Origin: a virus
DNA: 64,000 nucleotides
Virus record (IMG/VR): IMGVR_UViG_3300045996_004119
Location: 32,001-96,000 of that record
Strand: one strand, 5' to 3'
The position numbers were made by a program, and so were the translations under genes. Within the stretch, counting starts at the first letter, position 1; each line of letters starts with the position of its first letter. The notes under the pieces were generated by a model. The model saw nothing but the letters and a program-made list of their open reading frames with translations, was not told where the DNA came from and searched no databases. Positions 7,111 to 16,594 of the stretch are shown here, one piece after another.

Positions 7111-9620
7111 GGCGCAAGAGCAACCTGGCCAAGGTCCTGCGGCTCGAGCCGAAGAAGGGGGCCGTCCCGCCGAACAACGTCGACGCCGAGGCGGCCGTGC
7201 TGTCGCAGGTTCTGCTTCACCCGGAGACGCTCGACGAAGTCGTCGATCTACTGAAGCCAGATCACTTCTACTCGTTCTCGAACTCCAAGGTGTTCGAGGC
7301 CATGATGGAGCTCGCCGGAACCGGCGCCGCCATTGACGTTGTGTCCGTGGCCGCTTGGCTTCAGGCAAGGGAGCTGTACCACAGGGTCGGCGGCATGGAG
7401 TACATGCTGCTGCTTCGAGACAGCATCCCGTCGTATGGCAAAAGCATCACGACGCACGCGAAGATCGTCCACGACCTGTGGCGGATCCGGGAGCTCGCCA
7501 TCGCGTGTCACCGCGGCGCCGCTGGCTGCTACGGCGACGTCGGCGACGTGCAGGCGTACGTCGACGACGTCGAGCAGTCGATTTACGACATCGCCCACGT
7601 GAGCGCGACGAACGACGCGCAGCCGATCGGCGCTGTCCTCCAGGATGCGTTCCGCGAGATCGTCGCCGTGGCCGAGAGCGGCGGGCGCATCTCCGGTCTG
7701 CCGACGGGGTACTACGATCTCGACGAGATGCTGGCCGGTCTCCATGGGGGGGACGTGACCGTCGTCGCCGGCCGACCCGGAATGGGCAAAGCGCAGCCTC
7801 TTGAGGCCAAGGTCCTCACGCCGATCGGCTGGAGGCTCATGGGTTCTCTCCAGGTCGGCGACCTCGTGATCGGTGCCGACGGTGCGTCCCACCGGATCAC
7901 AGGCGTATTCGACCGCGGCGAGCTCGACGTGTACCGCGTCACAACATCGGACGGCGCGAGCACGGAGTGCTGCGACGAGCACCTCTGGTTGACGCGGAAC
8001 CGCTCGGAGCGCCGGCGTGGCGTTCCGGGGGGCGTCCGGAAGCTCCGAGAGATCCGTGCGACCCTGGAGCGCGCAGCAAGCGGCGGGCTCAACCACAGCA
8101 TCCAGTTCATGAGGCCGGCGGAGTTCGAGCCGGTCGGCGATCTGCCAATCGACCCGTACCTCATGGGGATCTACCTCGGCGACGGGTGCGGCTCGGGGCG
8201 CCGGGTTGGCATCGACAACCCGGAGGCCGACATCCGCGAGCGCGTGAGGGAGCTCCTGCCGAAAGGTGACGCACTTACCGAGGCGCCGGACGGGCTGCAC
8301 ATGCGCATCAGGCGCGAGAAGCGCACAGGCGTCCAGAGCAACACGAGGGCATCGCTCGAGGCCATGGGGCTCACTGGGCGACGATCGTGGGAGAAGTTCA
8401 TCCCGGAGGTCTACCTGCGCGCGCCCGTCGCCGACCGCGTGGCCCTGCTCCAAGGGCTCTGCGACACCGACGGCTACGTCGTGCAGCCGAAGATCGTGGA
8501 GTACACGACGACCTCGCCTGCGCTCCTGGCCGGCCTGGAGTTCCTCGTCGGGTCGCTCGGTGGGCGCTTCACGTGGACCGAGAAGGATGCCCACTACACC
8601 AAGGCGGACGGCGCGCGGGTGCCAACGCGGAAGGCATATCGCGCCCTCATCAGCTTCCCCGGCGGGCACGTCACGCCGGTGTCGTCGCAGAAGCACCTGG
8701 CGAGATGGGCCGGTGGCCGCGTCCGCATCAGCGAGCGCTTCATTCAGCGCGTGGAGTACGTCGGGAAGAAGGCGTGCCGCTGCATCGCCGTCGACGCAGC
8801 GGACCACCTCTACGTGACCGACGGGTTCCTGGTGACGCACAATACGTCCAAGGTTTTGAACATTGCCGTCAACGTCGCGTCGCCGCGCGAGGAGCGCCGC
8901 GAGCACGGCGAGATGGCGACGGTCCCTGGTGAGGCGGCCGTGGTGTTCTCGCTCGAGATGCCGCGCGACCAGTTGGGCAAGCGCATGCTGTGCACCGAGG
9001 CGCGCGTCGACCTTGGCAAGCTCCGTCGCGGCAGGCTTCAGCCGGCCGACTGGAACAAGCTGACCGAAGCCGCAGCGCGCCTCGGCCCGCTACCGGTGAT
9101 CATCGAGGACACGCCAGGGCTGGGCCTCATGGAGATCCGCGCCCGCGTCAGGCGGCATCAGGCAACCTGCGCGCGGAACGGCATCAAGCTCGGGCTCGTG
9201 GTGATCGACTACCTACAGCTCATGCAGGGGCGAGAGGACGCCCGGAGCCGCGAGGAGGAGATCGGCGAGATTTCCCGCGGGCTGAAGCGGCTCGCGAAGG
9301 AGCTCAAGGTGCCGGTCATTGTGCTGTCGCAGCTGAACCGGGAGGTCGAGAAGCGGAGCGCCAAGACGAAGCGCCCTCAGCTCTCGGACCTCCGCGAGTC
9401 GGGCGCGATCGAGCAGGACGCCGACAACATCATCTTCATCACGCGCCGAGATTACTACGAGCAGGAGGACACGCCGAACGACTGGAAAGGGATCGCGGAG
9501 ATCGACGTGGCCAAGCAGCGCAACGGTGCCACCGGCCGCATCTACATGCGCTTTGACGCGTCGTGTACTCGGTTCGATAACCTGGCGCGCGAGGACTGGC
9601 CGCAGACTTCATGGGATTGA
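7107..9620 (+). CDS. dnaB: Replicative DNA helicase DnaB (intein-containing precursor)
   Basis: PPNNVDAEAAVL N-terminus, GRPGMGK/T Walker A, FSLEM, VVIDYLQLM, SRGLKRLAKEL, LSQLNR, DLRESGAIEQDAD, KQRNG. Confidence 0.97.
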   Translation: MRRKSNLAKVLRLEPKKGAVPPNNVDAEAAVLSQVLLHPETLDEVVDLLKPDHFYSFSNSKVFEAMMELAGTGAAIDVVSVAAWLQARELYHRVGGMEYMLLLRDSIPSYGKSITTHAKIVHDLWRIRELAIACHRGAAGCYGDVGDVQAYVDDVEQSIYDIAHVSATNDAQPIGAVLQDAFREIVAVAESGGRISGLPTGYYDLDEMLAGLHGGDVTVVAGRPGMGKAQPLEAKVLTPIGWRLMGSLQVGDLVIGADGASHRITGVFDRGELDVYRVTTSDGASTECCDEHLWLTRNRSERRRGVPGGVRKLREIRATLERAASGGLNHSIQFMRPAEFEPVGDLPIDPYLMGIYLGDGCGSGRRVGIDNPEADIRERVRELLPKGDALTEAPDGLHMRIRREKRTGVQSNTRASLEAMGLTGRRSWEKFIPEVYLRAPVADRVALLQGLCDTDGYVVQPKIVEYTTTSPALLAGLEFLVGSLGGRFTWTEKDAHYTKADGARVPTRKAYRALISFPGGHVTPVSSQKHLARWAGGRVRISERFIQRVEYVGKKACRCIAVDAADHLYVTDGFLVTHNTSKVLNIAVNVASPREERREHGEMATVPGEAAVVFSLEMPRDQLGKRMLCTEARVDLGKLRRGRLQPADWNKLTEAAARLGPLPVIIEDTPGLGLMEIRARVRRHQATCARNGIKLGLVVIDYLQLMQGREDARSREEEIGEISRGLKRLAKELKVPVIVLSQLNREVEKRSAKTKRPQLSDLRESGAIEQDADNIIFITRRDYYEQEDTPNDWKGIAEIDVAKQRNGATGRIYMRFDASCTRFDNLAREDWPQTSWD
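7791..8843 (+). mobile_element. Intein (351 aa) with LAGLIDADG homing endonuclease, class 3 signature, inserted in the DnaB P-loop
   Basis: Begins AQPLEAKVLTPIGW after GK, ends VTHN before Thr+1; DEHLW (Trp B12), CRCIAV (block F Cys), THN (Thr G5); LAGLIDADG blocks YLMGIYLGDG and LLQGLCDTDG. Confidence 0.93.
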
Positions 9621-9701
9621 CCATCTCGCCTTGCACGCCCAACCCCACCTGCTAAACAGCCATTGCGCAGCCGGGCGACCGTGAGCGCGGAGGAGACATG
9701 A

Positions 9702-9797
9702 ATGTCGACGGCTGAGGCCATCGTGGAAGTCACCAAGATCGTTGGGACGGTGACGTTGGTGCTAGGGATTTTCTGGTTCATCGGGAGGCGCGATTGA
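9702..9797 (+). CDS. 31-aa single-TM peptide (MSTAEAIVEVTKIVGTVTLVLGIFWFIGRRD)
   Basis: GGAGGAG upstream; hydrophobic stretch; TGA overlaps TTG of next gene. Confidence 0.55.
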   Translation: MSTAEAIVEVTKIVGTVTLVLGIFWFIGRRD

Positions 9798-10705
9798 GCC
9801 TCGCCACACCCGCTCTCCACGACATCGCCTCCTCGTCGCACCATCGCGACAGCGACGACCGGCTCAAGGACGCCGACAACCTCGCCTTCCTCGCCGGGCA
9901 GCCTGCCGACGTGCGCGCGGCGTGGCTTCCCGTATGCGGCGTCCTCCGCGAGCTCGACCGCATCATCGAGGCGGCGCGCCTCGACCGCGACCACGGCCGC
10001 CTGGAGCGCCTCCGCGAGGCATGGAACGCGCTCTGGACCGAGGGGCGCGTCCTCCCCAGCGACGAGGCGCGGGTTCTGCGGCGCGCTCGGGAGCTCTGGC
10101 TCGCCGACGAGAGCATCTCGGCCGTGGTGGCTGGTGCGTCCTTCGACGAGTACCTGGAGGCGGTCGTCGAGTACAGCCGGCCGGGCGTGGAGTTCCAGAG
10201 CCTCTGGGAGCACAACCGGATGCTCCTGCGCATCTCAGGCTCGATGTTTCGGCTGTTCCCGTTCGTGCAGCCGCACCAGCTTCGCGCGATCGGGCACTTC
10301 GGCGCCTTGGACCACTTCTTCAACAACCTCCGCGACATCCAGGAGGACGCCGAGGCGGAGCTCGTGTTCTTTCCGCGCGAGGTACTGGACCGCTTCGGCG
10401 TGCGGCGCGGGCACATCTCCACCGGGCGCGCCGTGGGCACACCGGAGTTCCGCGCGATGATGACGTGGTGGCTCGACGAGTACCTCCCGCAGGTGCGCGT
10501 GTGCGCGCGACCGTTCGTCGCCGCCGAGGACCTGCGCCCGTCGGTCGCGGCGCTGCGGGCGCACTCCCTGCGCCGGTACGCGCGCGTCGAGCGTGTGCTG
10601 CGGGGGCTGGACTTCGACTACCGGGCTTTCCCGCAGGTGTACGAGGCCGAGGTGCGGCGGGAGATCGGGGAGATGGCGCTGGGCGCGAAGGAGGTAACTG
10701 CATGA
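9794..10705 (+). CDS. Squalene/phytoene synthase-fold protein, divergent
   Basis: FFNNLRDIQEDAEAELVFFPREVLDRFGV matches the NxxRDxxED..G..YLP.E.L..FGV motif; first Asp-rich motif degenerate (RELDRIIE). Confidence 0.8.
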   Translation: MSLATPALHDIASSSHHRDSDDRLKDADNLAFLAGQPADVRAAWLPVCGVLRELDRIIEAARLDRDHGRLERLREAWNALWTEGRVLPSDEARVLRRARELWLADESISAVVAGASFDEYLEAVVEYSRPGVEFQSLWEHNRMLLRISGSMFRLFPFVQPHQLRAIGHFGALDHFFNNLRDIQEDAEAELVFFPREVLDRFGVRRGHISTGRAVGTPEFRAMMTWWLDEYLPQVRVCARPFVAAEDLRPSVAALRAHSLRRYARVERVLRGLDFDYRAFPQVYEAEVRREIGEMALGAKEVTA

Positions 10706-11049
10706 AGGCGAACGAGTTCTGCTACTGGCTGCAAGGGTACTTCGAGATCTGCGAGGCGCAGGGACTCTCGACGAAGCTCGATGGGGCGGCGGCGCGCTGC
10801 ATCGAGGCGCACCTGTCGCTTGTTGCGAAGGTGGAACCGGATCACAGCAACGTCTTCGTCGCGTGGCTGAATGACCACCTGAGGAAGCCGAGCCCGGTGG
10901 GGCCTGACGCGGTCCTGATCCGCCGGTTCCTCGCTGCGCAGTTCCAGCACGTGATCGACCCGTCGTACGGCGGCGACCAGATGGCGCTGGGGAAGATCCA
11001 TGGGACCGGCGGCCAGAGCTGGCCGACCGACGGGTTGATCCGGTGCTGA
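10702..11049 (+). CDS. Conserved phage hypothetical protein
   Basis: N-terminal EFCYWLQGYFEI...I.AHL.LV motif typical of a small phage protein family. Confidence 0.7.
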   Translation: MKANEFCYWLQGYFEICEAQGLSTKLDGAAARCIEAHLSLVAKVEPDHSNVFVAWLNDHLRKPSPVGPDAVLIRRFLAAQFQHVIDPSYGGDQMALGKIHGTGGQSWPTDGLIRC

Positions 11050-11060
11050 GGGAGGCCAGG

Positions 11061-14000
11061 ATGCACTGCGATCTGACGATCCGAGGCGCCACGCCGGAGC
11101 AGGCTGAGGGCGCCGTCAGCCCGAACGACCGCGAGCGCATCGGACGCGTGGTCCGCGAGATCTGGATCGACTGGGCCCGCGAGCAGCCGAGCCCGAAGCC
11201 GACGTGGCTCCTGCCGTGGGAGGACCTGACCGACACGTACCGGGAGGCTGGCTGCCGCATCGGGGAGCAGCTCTTCTCGATGGGGCTCATGGCCGGGCGC
11301 GCCGTGGGAGAGGAGGAGGTCGAGGCGCTGCGGAAGCGGGTGGCGGAGCTGGAGTTCACTCGCGACGAGCTCACCGGCATCCAGCAGGGCGACAGCGTCG
11401 TGGATGCGGCCGCGAAGGCGGAGAGCGTCGCCCTCCCGAAGCAACTGTCGGAGGCGCGCGCGGAAGCGACGACGCTGCGGGAGGACGTCGAGCGCTGGCG
11501 CAAGACCAACGGCGATATCGGAGCGGCCCTCGGGGTGAAGCCTGGCGAGGCCGTGCGCGACGCCGCAACCCGCGTCATCGCAGAGCGCGACCGCATCCAG
11601 CGCGACTGGGAGCAGCAAGGCGCGATGCTGCATGAGATCGAGGCCCGAGTGGCCGAACTCGACGCGACGTGCGATCGGGTGTGGGACGCGCTCGGCGCCA
11701 TCCGGACTGGCGAGGATCTGGCGGATGCCGTGGCGCGGCGCCTGGAGGAGGCGAGCGCGGATGCCGCCCCGGATGCCGTATCCCCGCTCCGGCCGGCGGA
11801 GGACATCGCGCGGGAGATGGTGGGCTGCGCCGTCGAGCGCTTCGGTGGCGACTGGGGCTTCACGGTCTGGACCAAGGGCACAGACGGTCGAGACGTCGAT
11901 CTGGTCGTCGATGGGTACGTGCGCGAGGAGTCGGCGAACCGCGACAGCAACAGCCTGCGCAAGACGATCGTGGACATCATCGAGCGCAGCCGCGCCGAGG
12001 GCAAGCGCGCGCCCGTCGAGGCGCCCCGCGTGGCGGCGGTGGTCGGGCCTCACATCTGCCGAGCCCACGACCGCGAGGTGTTCGTCGGCGATCGCGATGG
12101 GCTCAAGGGCTGCGACGAGACAAGCCCGCGCTTCTGGCACTGCACCATCCACCTGAACGGCGAGCACGTCGCGCTGGCCGGCAACGAGGTTTGCGCGCGC
12201 TGGCCCATCGCGCCGGCGCAGGATGAGCCGCAGGCGGCGAGCGAGGGCCGTGTGACCGGTTCGTATTGCGAAGTCGAGATGTCCTGGCCGCGCGGCGCGC
12301 AACCCGACTTGCTGGCGCTCGATGCCGCATGGCTCGTCGGGGCACCGGGCGCCCGTCAACCCGGATACATCCAGTCGCTCTACAGCCATCCCGCCGGGTT
12401 GCGCCTCGCGATGCCCAAAGACGCCGACCCCCGCGCCGTGCTCGCGACCGTGGCCGAGCTGTTGGGCCTGCAGGACCAGCAAGACGAAGCGCGCGCCCTG
12501 TCCGATCTCCGGCGCGCGCACCACGCAGAGCGTGACGACGAGCCCGCGAACATCGACGACCGTTGGCAGCACCGCCGAGAGCGGCTGTCGCGCGACACGC
12601 ACGGATCCGCGAGTGCGTTCGAGCGCGCCTATCTCCACGGGATGAGGGACGCATACACCGTGGCCGGCGTCGAGATGCGGCGGGCGCGTGGGCAGGCCGA
12701 GCGCGAGCTCGGCAACCCTGCCGTGCTCAAGCACTGGTCGGACCGGACGCCCGACGAGATCGAGCGGTGGGCCGAGGAGGCCGAGGGCGACAACCCACGT
12801 CACGCGTCGTGGTGCCGCGGCGTCGCCGCTGGCATCCGCGAGGGTGAGCGGCGGGCCGGCGAGGCGTGGCAGCGCGCGACCGAGGCGGGCTCGCCGGCGG
12901 GCGCTGCTGGAGCGATGGCCGGGTTCCGCGCGCGCAACAGGGCCTGGCAGGACGCGACGGGCGTTGAGCAGCCGGAGTATGTGCAAGCCGCGAAGGCATC
13001 TCTCGTCGAGCGCGCGATCACGCAGCTCGAGGTCGGGATCGCGGAAGGCGAGCGCCGCGCCGAGGAGAAGGCGCGCCTCGATGTCGAGCGCGCCGTGGCC
13101 GCCGAAGCCGCACGGGGCGACGCGGCGAGGCTCGAGGTGCACGAGAAGTACCTTGCGACGGCGCGGGAGCTCGTGACCGACTGGGAAGAGCGGCGCACGA
13201 ACAACATCGCTGGACGCGACGACACCAATCTTTCGCGGTTCACCCGCGATCGGCTTGGGGCGAAGGCGGACGCGCGCGAGACCTGCATCAACGATCTCCG
13301 CGCCGCATTCAACCTCTCCGACAACAAGCCGCCGACGGGGGGAGAGCCGGCGCCGGTGGACAATGGGCCAGCGCATGGTCCAGGGTGCGACGTGCGCGCC
13401 GACAGGACGCAATGCGCGTTCGACTGCCCGAAGCGGCGCGCCGACATGGCCAAGCGATCGGAGGCTGTTGCGGATCGCGCAACTACTCACGTCGAGCCCG
13501 CGCAGCAGTCGACCGACGAGCGCCCGGGGCTCGCCGCCGGGCAGACGTGGCGCGACGTTAGCGGGGCCGAGTACCTGATCCAGGAACGCGAGGAGCGCAC
13601 GCCTTGTTCTACGCTGTTCGCCGTCTCCGCGGGCGGTGGCCTCGTGCCCATGTACCGCGCCGACGCGCCGAGCGGCTGGACCATCGTGTCCGACGCGCCC
13701 GCCGCCGAGCGCTGGCGGCCGGGCGCCGTGTGGGAGCGCATCGGCGAGCGTGTCACGGTGCGCGATTCGAGCGACGATGAGATCGTGTTCTGCGAGCATG
13801 GCTGGTGCACGGATCGGCACCTGATGACCGAGCGGAACGGCTGGCGCTACGTCGGCCCCGGCGCGGCGTCGGGTGGCAACGGCATGGAGGCAGACGGAGC
13901 GCAGATCGAAGCGCCTCTTGGGGCTCAACCTGAAACACCAAACGTGCCAACCTCCTGTCAAGTTATTCCGTCGGGAGCGGAGAGTTCTACGGGCGCAGGA

Positions 14001-14630
14001 TGCTCGGGGCCAGCGCCCGTCGTCCCCGGCAAGCCCTCTGCCGAGGAGCGCGCCGCCGTGCAGCAGCAAGTGGACATCGGCGCCGGGGTCACGTCCACGG
14101 CCCCCAGCGGGATGACGCTCGGCGGGGTGTGGGAGGCGCTCAAGCGCGTCGCTCGCGTCGACCGCGAGGAGGCCATGTCCATCGAGCGCGCGCACGCGGA
14201 CGGCATCGTCGAAGGGCTCCGCCGCGCCAGGGACATCGCGCGGCGCATGTCGGACGCCGACCGGCTCCAGGCTGTCGACGTCCACGAGATGCACGAGCGG
14301 CTCGACGCGGCCGTGCGCGAGGCAGCGGCCAACGTCGCACCAGCCGACCTGCCCCACGTGGACCGGTCGGCGCTTCTGGGGCTCGCGACGGGGTGGGAGC
14401 GCGCCGACACGCGACTGAGCGCGAAGGCTGCCGACGCGAGGCGAGACGAGGCAACCCGACGCGTATACGAAGGCGAGGCGCGCGGGTTCGCGGTTGCCGC
14501 GCTGGAGCTCCGTCGCCTCCTGGACGCGCCGAGCGGGCCTGGGGGAGAGCGCGCGACCTGCCGCGTCGGTCACGGCGTCGACGACGCCTGCGCGGAGTGC
14601 GCGCCTCGGCGCGCAGGAGGATGGAGATGA
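11061..14630 (+). CDS. Large mosaic accessory protein (about 1,189 aa, Ead/Ea22-like concatenated modules, coiled coils)
   Basis: GGAGG then ATG at 11061; uninterrupted frame with high GC3; N-terminal PTWLLPWEDL module and repeated small domains. Confidence 0.75.
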   Translation: MHCDLTIRGATPEQAEGAVSPNDRERIGRVVREIWIDWAREQPSPKPTWLLPWEDLTDTYREAGCRIGEQLFSMGLMAGRAVGEEEVEALRKRVAELEFTRDELTGIQQGDSVVDAAAKAESVALPKQLSEARAEATTLREDVERWRKTNGDIGAALGVKPGEAVRDAATRVIAERDRIQRDWEQQGAMLHEIEARVAELDATCDRVWDALGAIRTGEDLADAVARRLEEASADAAPDAVSPLRPAEDIAREMVGCAVERFGGDWGFTVWTKGTDGRDVDLVVDGYVREESANRDSNSLRKTIVDIIERSRAEGKRAPVEAPRVAAVVGPHICRAHDREVFVGDRDGLKGCDETSPRFWHCTIHLNGEHVALAGNEVCARWPIAPAQDEPQAASEGRVTGSYCEVEMSWPRGAQPDLLALDAAWLVGAPGARQPGYIQSLYSHPAGLRLAMPKDADPRAVLATVAELLGLQDQQDEARALSDLRRAHHAERDDEPANIDDRWQHRRERLSRDTHGSASAFERAYLHGMRDAYTVAGVEMRRARGQAERELGNPAVLKHWSDRTPDEIERWAEEAEGDNPRHASWCRGVAAGIREGERRAGEAWQRATEAGSPAGAAGAMAGFRARNRAWQDATGVEQPEYVQAAKASLVERAITQLEVGIAEGERRAEEKARLDVERAVAAEAARGDAARLEVHEKYLATARELVTDWEERRTNNIAGRDDTNLSRFTRDRLGAKADARETCINDLRAAFNLSDNKPPTGGEPAPVDNGPAHGPGCDVRADRTQCAFDCPKRRADMAKRSEAVADRATTHVEPAQQSTDERPGLAAGQTWRDVSGAEYLIQEREERTPCSTLFAVSAGGGLVPMYRADAPSGWTIVSDAPAAERWRPGAVWERIGERVTVRDSSDDEIVFCEHGWCTDRHLMTERNGWRYVGPGAASGGNGMEADGAQIEAPLGAQPETPNVPTSCQVIPSGAESSTGAGCSGPAPVVPGKPSAEERAAVQQQVDIGAGVTSTAPSGMTLGGVWEALKRVARVDREEAMSIERAHADGIVEGLRRARDIARRMSDADRLQAVDVHEMHERLDAAVREAAANVAPADLPHVDRSALLGLATGWERADTRLSAKAADARRDEATRRVYEGEARGFAVAALELRRLLDAPSGPGGERATCRVGHGVDDACAECAPRRAGGWR

Positions 14631-15124
14631 CCGAGACGGCAACACGTTCGCGCCTCCCGACATGGCCAGCCATGCTCGTTGCTGGCGCTGCCATGGCACT
14701 GGCCTCGTACATCGCGAGACCTTCTTGGGGTGACGCCCTCCGGTTTGTCGGCCTCGCCTTTTCAGTGCTCGCCGTGGGCGAAGTGGCGGATGCCGGCATC
14801 GCTCGGCTTCAGGCGTGGACGCTGGCCCGGCTGGAGGCGCGGCGCCGCACGGCGCTCCCCGAGCGCTTCCTCCTCGACGTGCGCGAGATCAGCGGAGGCG
14901 TGCAGCGCAGGGTGCTGACGAGCCTCGGGCCGGAGGCGCTACGCGCACGACGCGAACGGAGGATGAATACGGTGTTCCTGGACATCTGGCCGCCGTGCGA
15001 GCCGGGGATGCACGTCTGGGAGGGCCGCGTCGACGGAGACGCCTGGAAGGGCACATGGCGCCGGCCGACAGTGGCAGAGCTCGCACGGCACGCGGCTGGA
15101 GAGCCGGTCTGGAGGGACGGGTGA
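14627..15124 (+). CDS. Hypothetical membrane protein (two N-terminal hydrophobic segments)
   Basis: ATGA coupling; WPAMLVAGAAMALASYIA and LRFVGLAFSVLAVG segments. Confidence 0.65.
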   Translation: MTETATRSRLPTWPAMLVAGAAMALASYIARPSWGDALRFVGLAFSVLAVGEVADAGIARLQAWTLARLEARRRTALPERFLLDVREISGGVQRRVLTSLGPEALRARRERRMNTVFLDIWPPCEPGMHVWEGRVDGDAWKGTWRRPTVAELARHAAGEPVWRDG

Positions 15125-15705
15125 TGGGACAGCCTGTGAAGATCGGCTTCGACATCGGCGGGGTGCTCTCGAAGTACCCGGACATCCTGCGGCCCGTCGT
15201 CGCGGCGCTGCTCGCGAGCCATCACGTCGAGGTTCACGTGCTCAGCGACATGTTCCCGCACGCGAAGTGCGTGGCCTTCGTGCACGGCAACGGCTTCCAC
15301 GTGCCGCCCGACCGCATCCACTCCTGCGACTACGGCGGCCACGGCGAGCTCTGCAAAGCCGAGAAGATGCGGGAGATCGGCATCGACATGATGCTCGACG
15401 ACTTCCCCGGCTACCTCGCCGAGGGCTGCGCGCTACGGCTGCTGGTGATGCCGGATCCGCGCCGGCCGTACTACCACGACGACTGGAAGACGGACGGCAG
15501 CGAGGGCGACTTCGGGCGCCGTAAGAAGAAGGCGGTGACGGACGGGGCGAAGGCGCACGTCGGCGCCCGCGTCGCGACCGTCGCGACGGCGCAGTGCCGC
15601 CCCATCCACCCCTATGCGGCAGGGGGAGGGCATCTCGGTGATTCGGGAGGGCGCAGCGAGCCGATCGGGCCCGATCCGGGCCTGAAACGAGGCAGATCGC
15701 GATGA
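15124..15705 (+). CDS. HAD-superfamily protein (5'-nucleotidase-like)
   Basis: KIGFDIGGVL motif I (second Asp replaced), VLS motif II, K and MLDD motif IV. Confidence 0.65.
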   Translation: MGQPVKIGFDIGGVLSKYPDILRPVVAALLASHHVEVHVLSDMFPHAKCVAFVHGNGFHVPPDRIHSCDYGGHGELCKAEKMREIGIDMMLDDFPGYLAEGCALRLLVMPDPRRPYYHDDWKTDGSEGDFGRRKKKAVTDGAKAHVGARVATVATAQCRPIHPYAAGGGHLGDSGGRSEPIGPDPGLKRGRSR

Positions 15706-16313
15706 CTGAACCGGAGGTCTTCTACTTCGGGGACGCGCGCCTCGAGGACGGCCCCGGTGCTGGACACCACCTGTGGTCTCCCTGCGCGGGCCACGTCGCC
15801 TGGGCACCGGCCGAGGTGCGCCGGAAGCTGCCGTGGACGCTCGCGGAGCTCGACGGCAAACTGGCGGGCGACCCAGCGCTCAAGGACCCGCGCGAGCCGA
15901 GCTGGTGGGCCAGCAAGGACCAGCCGGAGGGCATCGTCCGGGTGCATCGGCGCGGCGGGTGGACGGCGATCTCGTTCTGGGACCGCTCCGGCGACGGCCG
16001 CCACGGGTCGAGCTCGACGTTCATCGCCGCCGGCGAGCACACGGCCCGGGAGATGGTTGCGCTGTTCGAGCGGAGCTTCCCGGCGATCTGGGAGCGGATC
16101 ACGCGGCGGTTCCAGCTGGTGCTTCCGGTGGAGGCGCCGCGGCCGGAGCCGGGGACGAGGCTGCGGATCGAGGGGCCGGCGATCCGGGTGGCGGCGGTGG
16201 CGGGGGTCCGGGAGGAGCGGGTGGAGGTCGCCGAGGTGGCCGGCGAGGCGGAGGAGGCGACAGAGGGACCGCGCAGGCGCGCGGTGGTGGGCGGCGAGAG
16301 GAGGACCAGGTGA
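15702..16313 (+). CDS. Hypothetical protein
   Basis: Coupled ORF, Trp-rich globular region (GWTAISFWDRSGDGR). Confidence 0.65.
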   Translation: MTEPEVFYFGDARLEDGPGAGHHLWSPCAGHVAWAPAEVRRKLPWTLAELDGKLAGDPALKDPREPSWWASKDQPEGIVRVHRRGGWTAISFWDRSGDGRHGSSSTFIAAGEHTAREMVALFERSFPAIWERITRRFQLVLPVEAPRPEPGTRLRIEGPAIRVAAVAGVREERVEVAEVAGEAEEATEGPRRRAVVGGERRTR

Positions 16314-16594
16314 GCGAGAACTGGATCACGCTGCCGCCCGTGGCGTCCGAGGCCTCGGCGCGGCTCATGGAGTACCTGGAGGCTCGCGGGTGGTACGCGA
16401 CGCGGCGGGACAAGGACCGCGGCATCCGCTGGTTCACCCCGCCGCACGAGGACGGGGAGGTGGAGGTGGGCCCGGAGGTCGCGCCGGACGTGGCGGCCAG
16501 GATCGCGGAGCTGGAAGGGCGCCCGGTGGAGGACGTGGAGGCTGACATGCGGGAAGCGGGGGTGCTGGGGCGCGAGGAAGGAGCAGAGGGGTGA
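16310..16594 (+). CDS. Small hypothetical protein
   Basis: GTGA overlap, GAGGAG upstream; MEYLEARGW motif. Confidence 0.6.
   Translation: MSENWITLPPVASEASARLMEYLEARGWYATRRDKDRGIRWFTPPHEDGEVEVGPEVAPDVAARIAELEGRPVEDVEADMREAGVLGREEGAEG

Noticed and set aside
2180-10705. tmk plus the isoprenoid-synthase-fold protein as a thymidine hypermodification pathway through a pyrophosphorylated base
   Set aside because: Chemically tempting, but no dUMP hydroxymethylase or DNA base kinase is visible, the kinase has canonical dTMP-kinase motifs, and the genes are 7 kb apart
10842-14699. 1,285-aa minus-strand ORF, and similar long antisense ORFs (7248-8906, 29087-30454, 30797-32908, 34545-35948, 59821-61749)
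   Set aside because: They shadow well-supported plus-strand genes, have Arg/Gly/Pro-rich non-domain composition, and are the expected artefact of high GC3 codon usage
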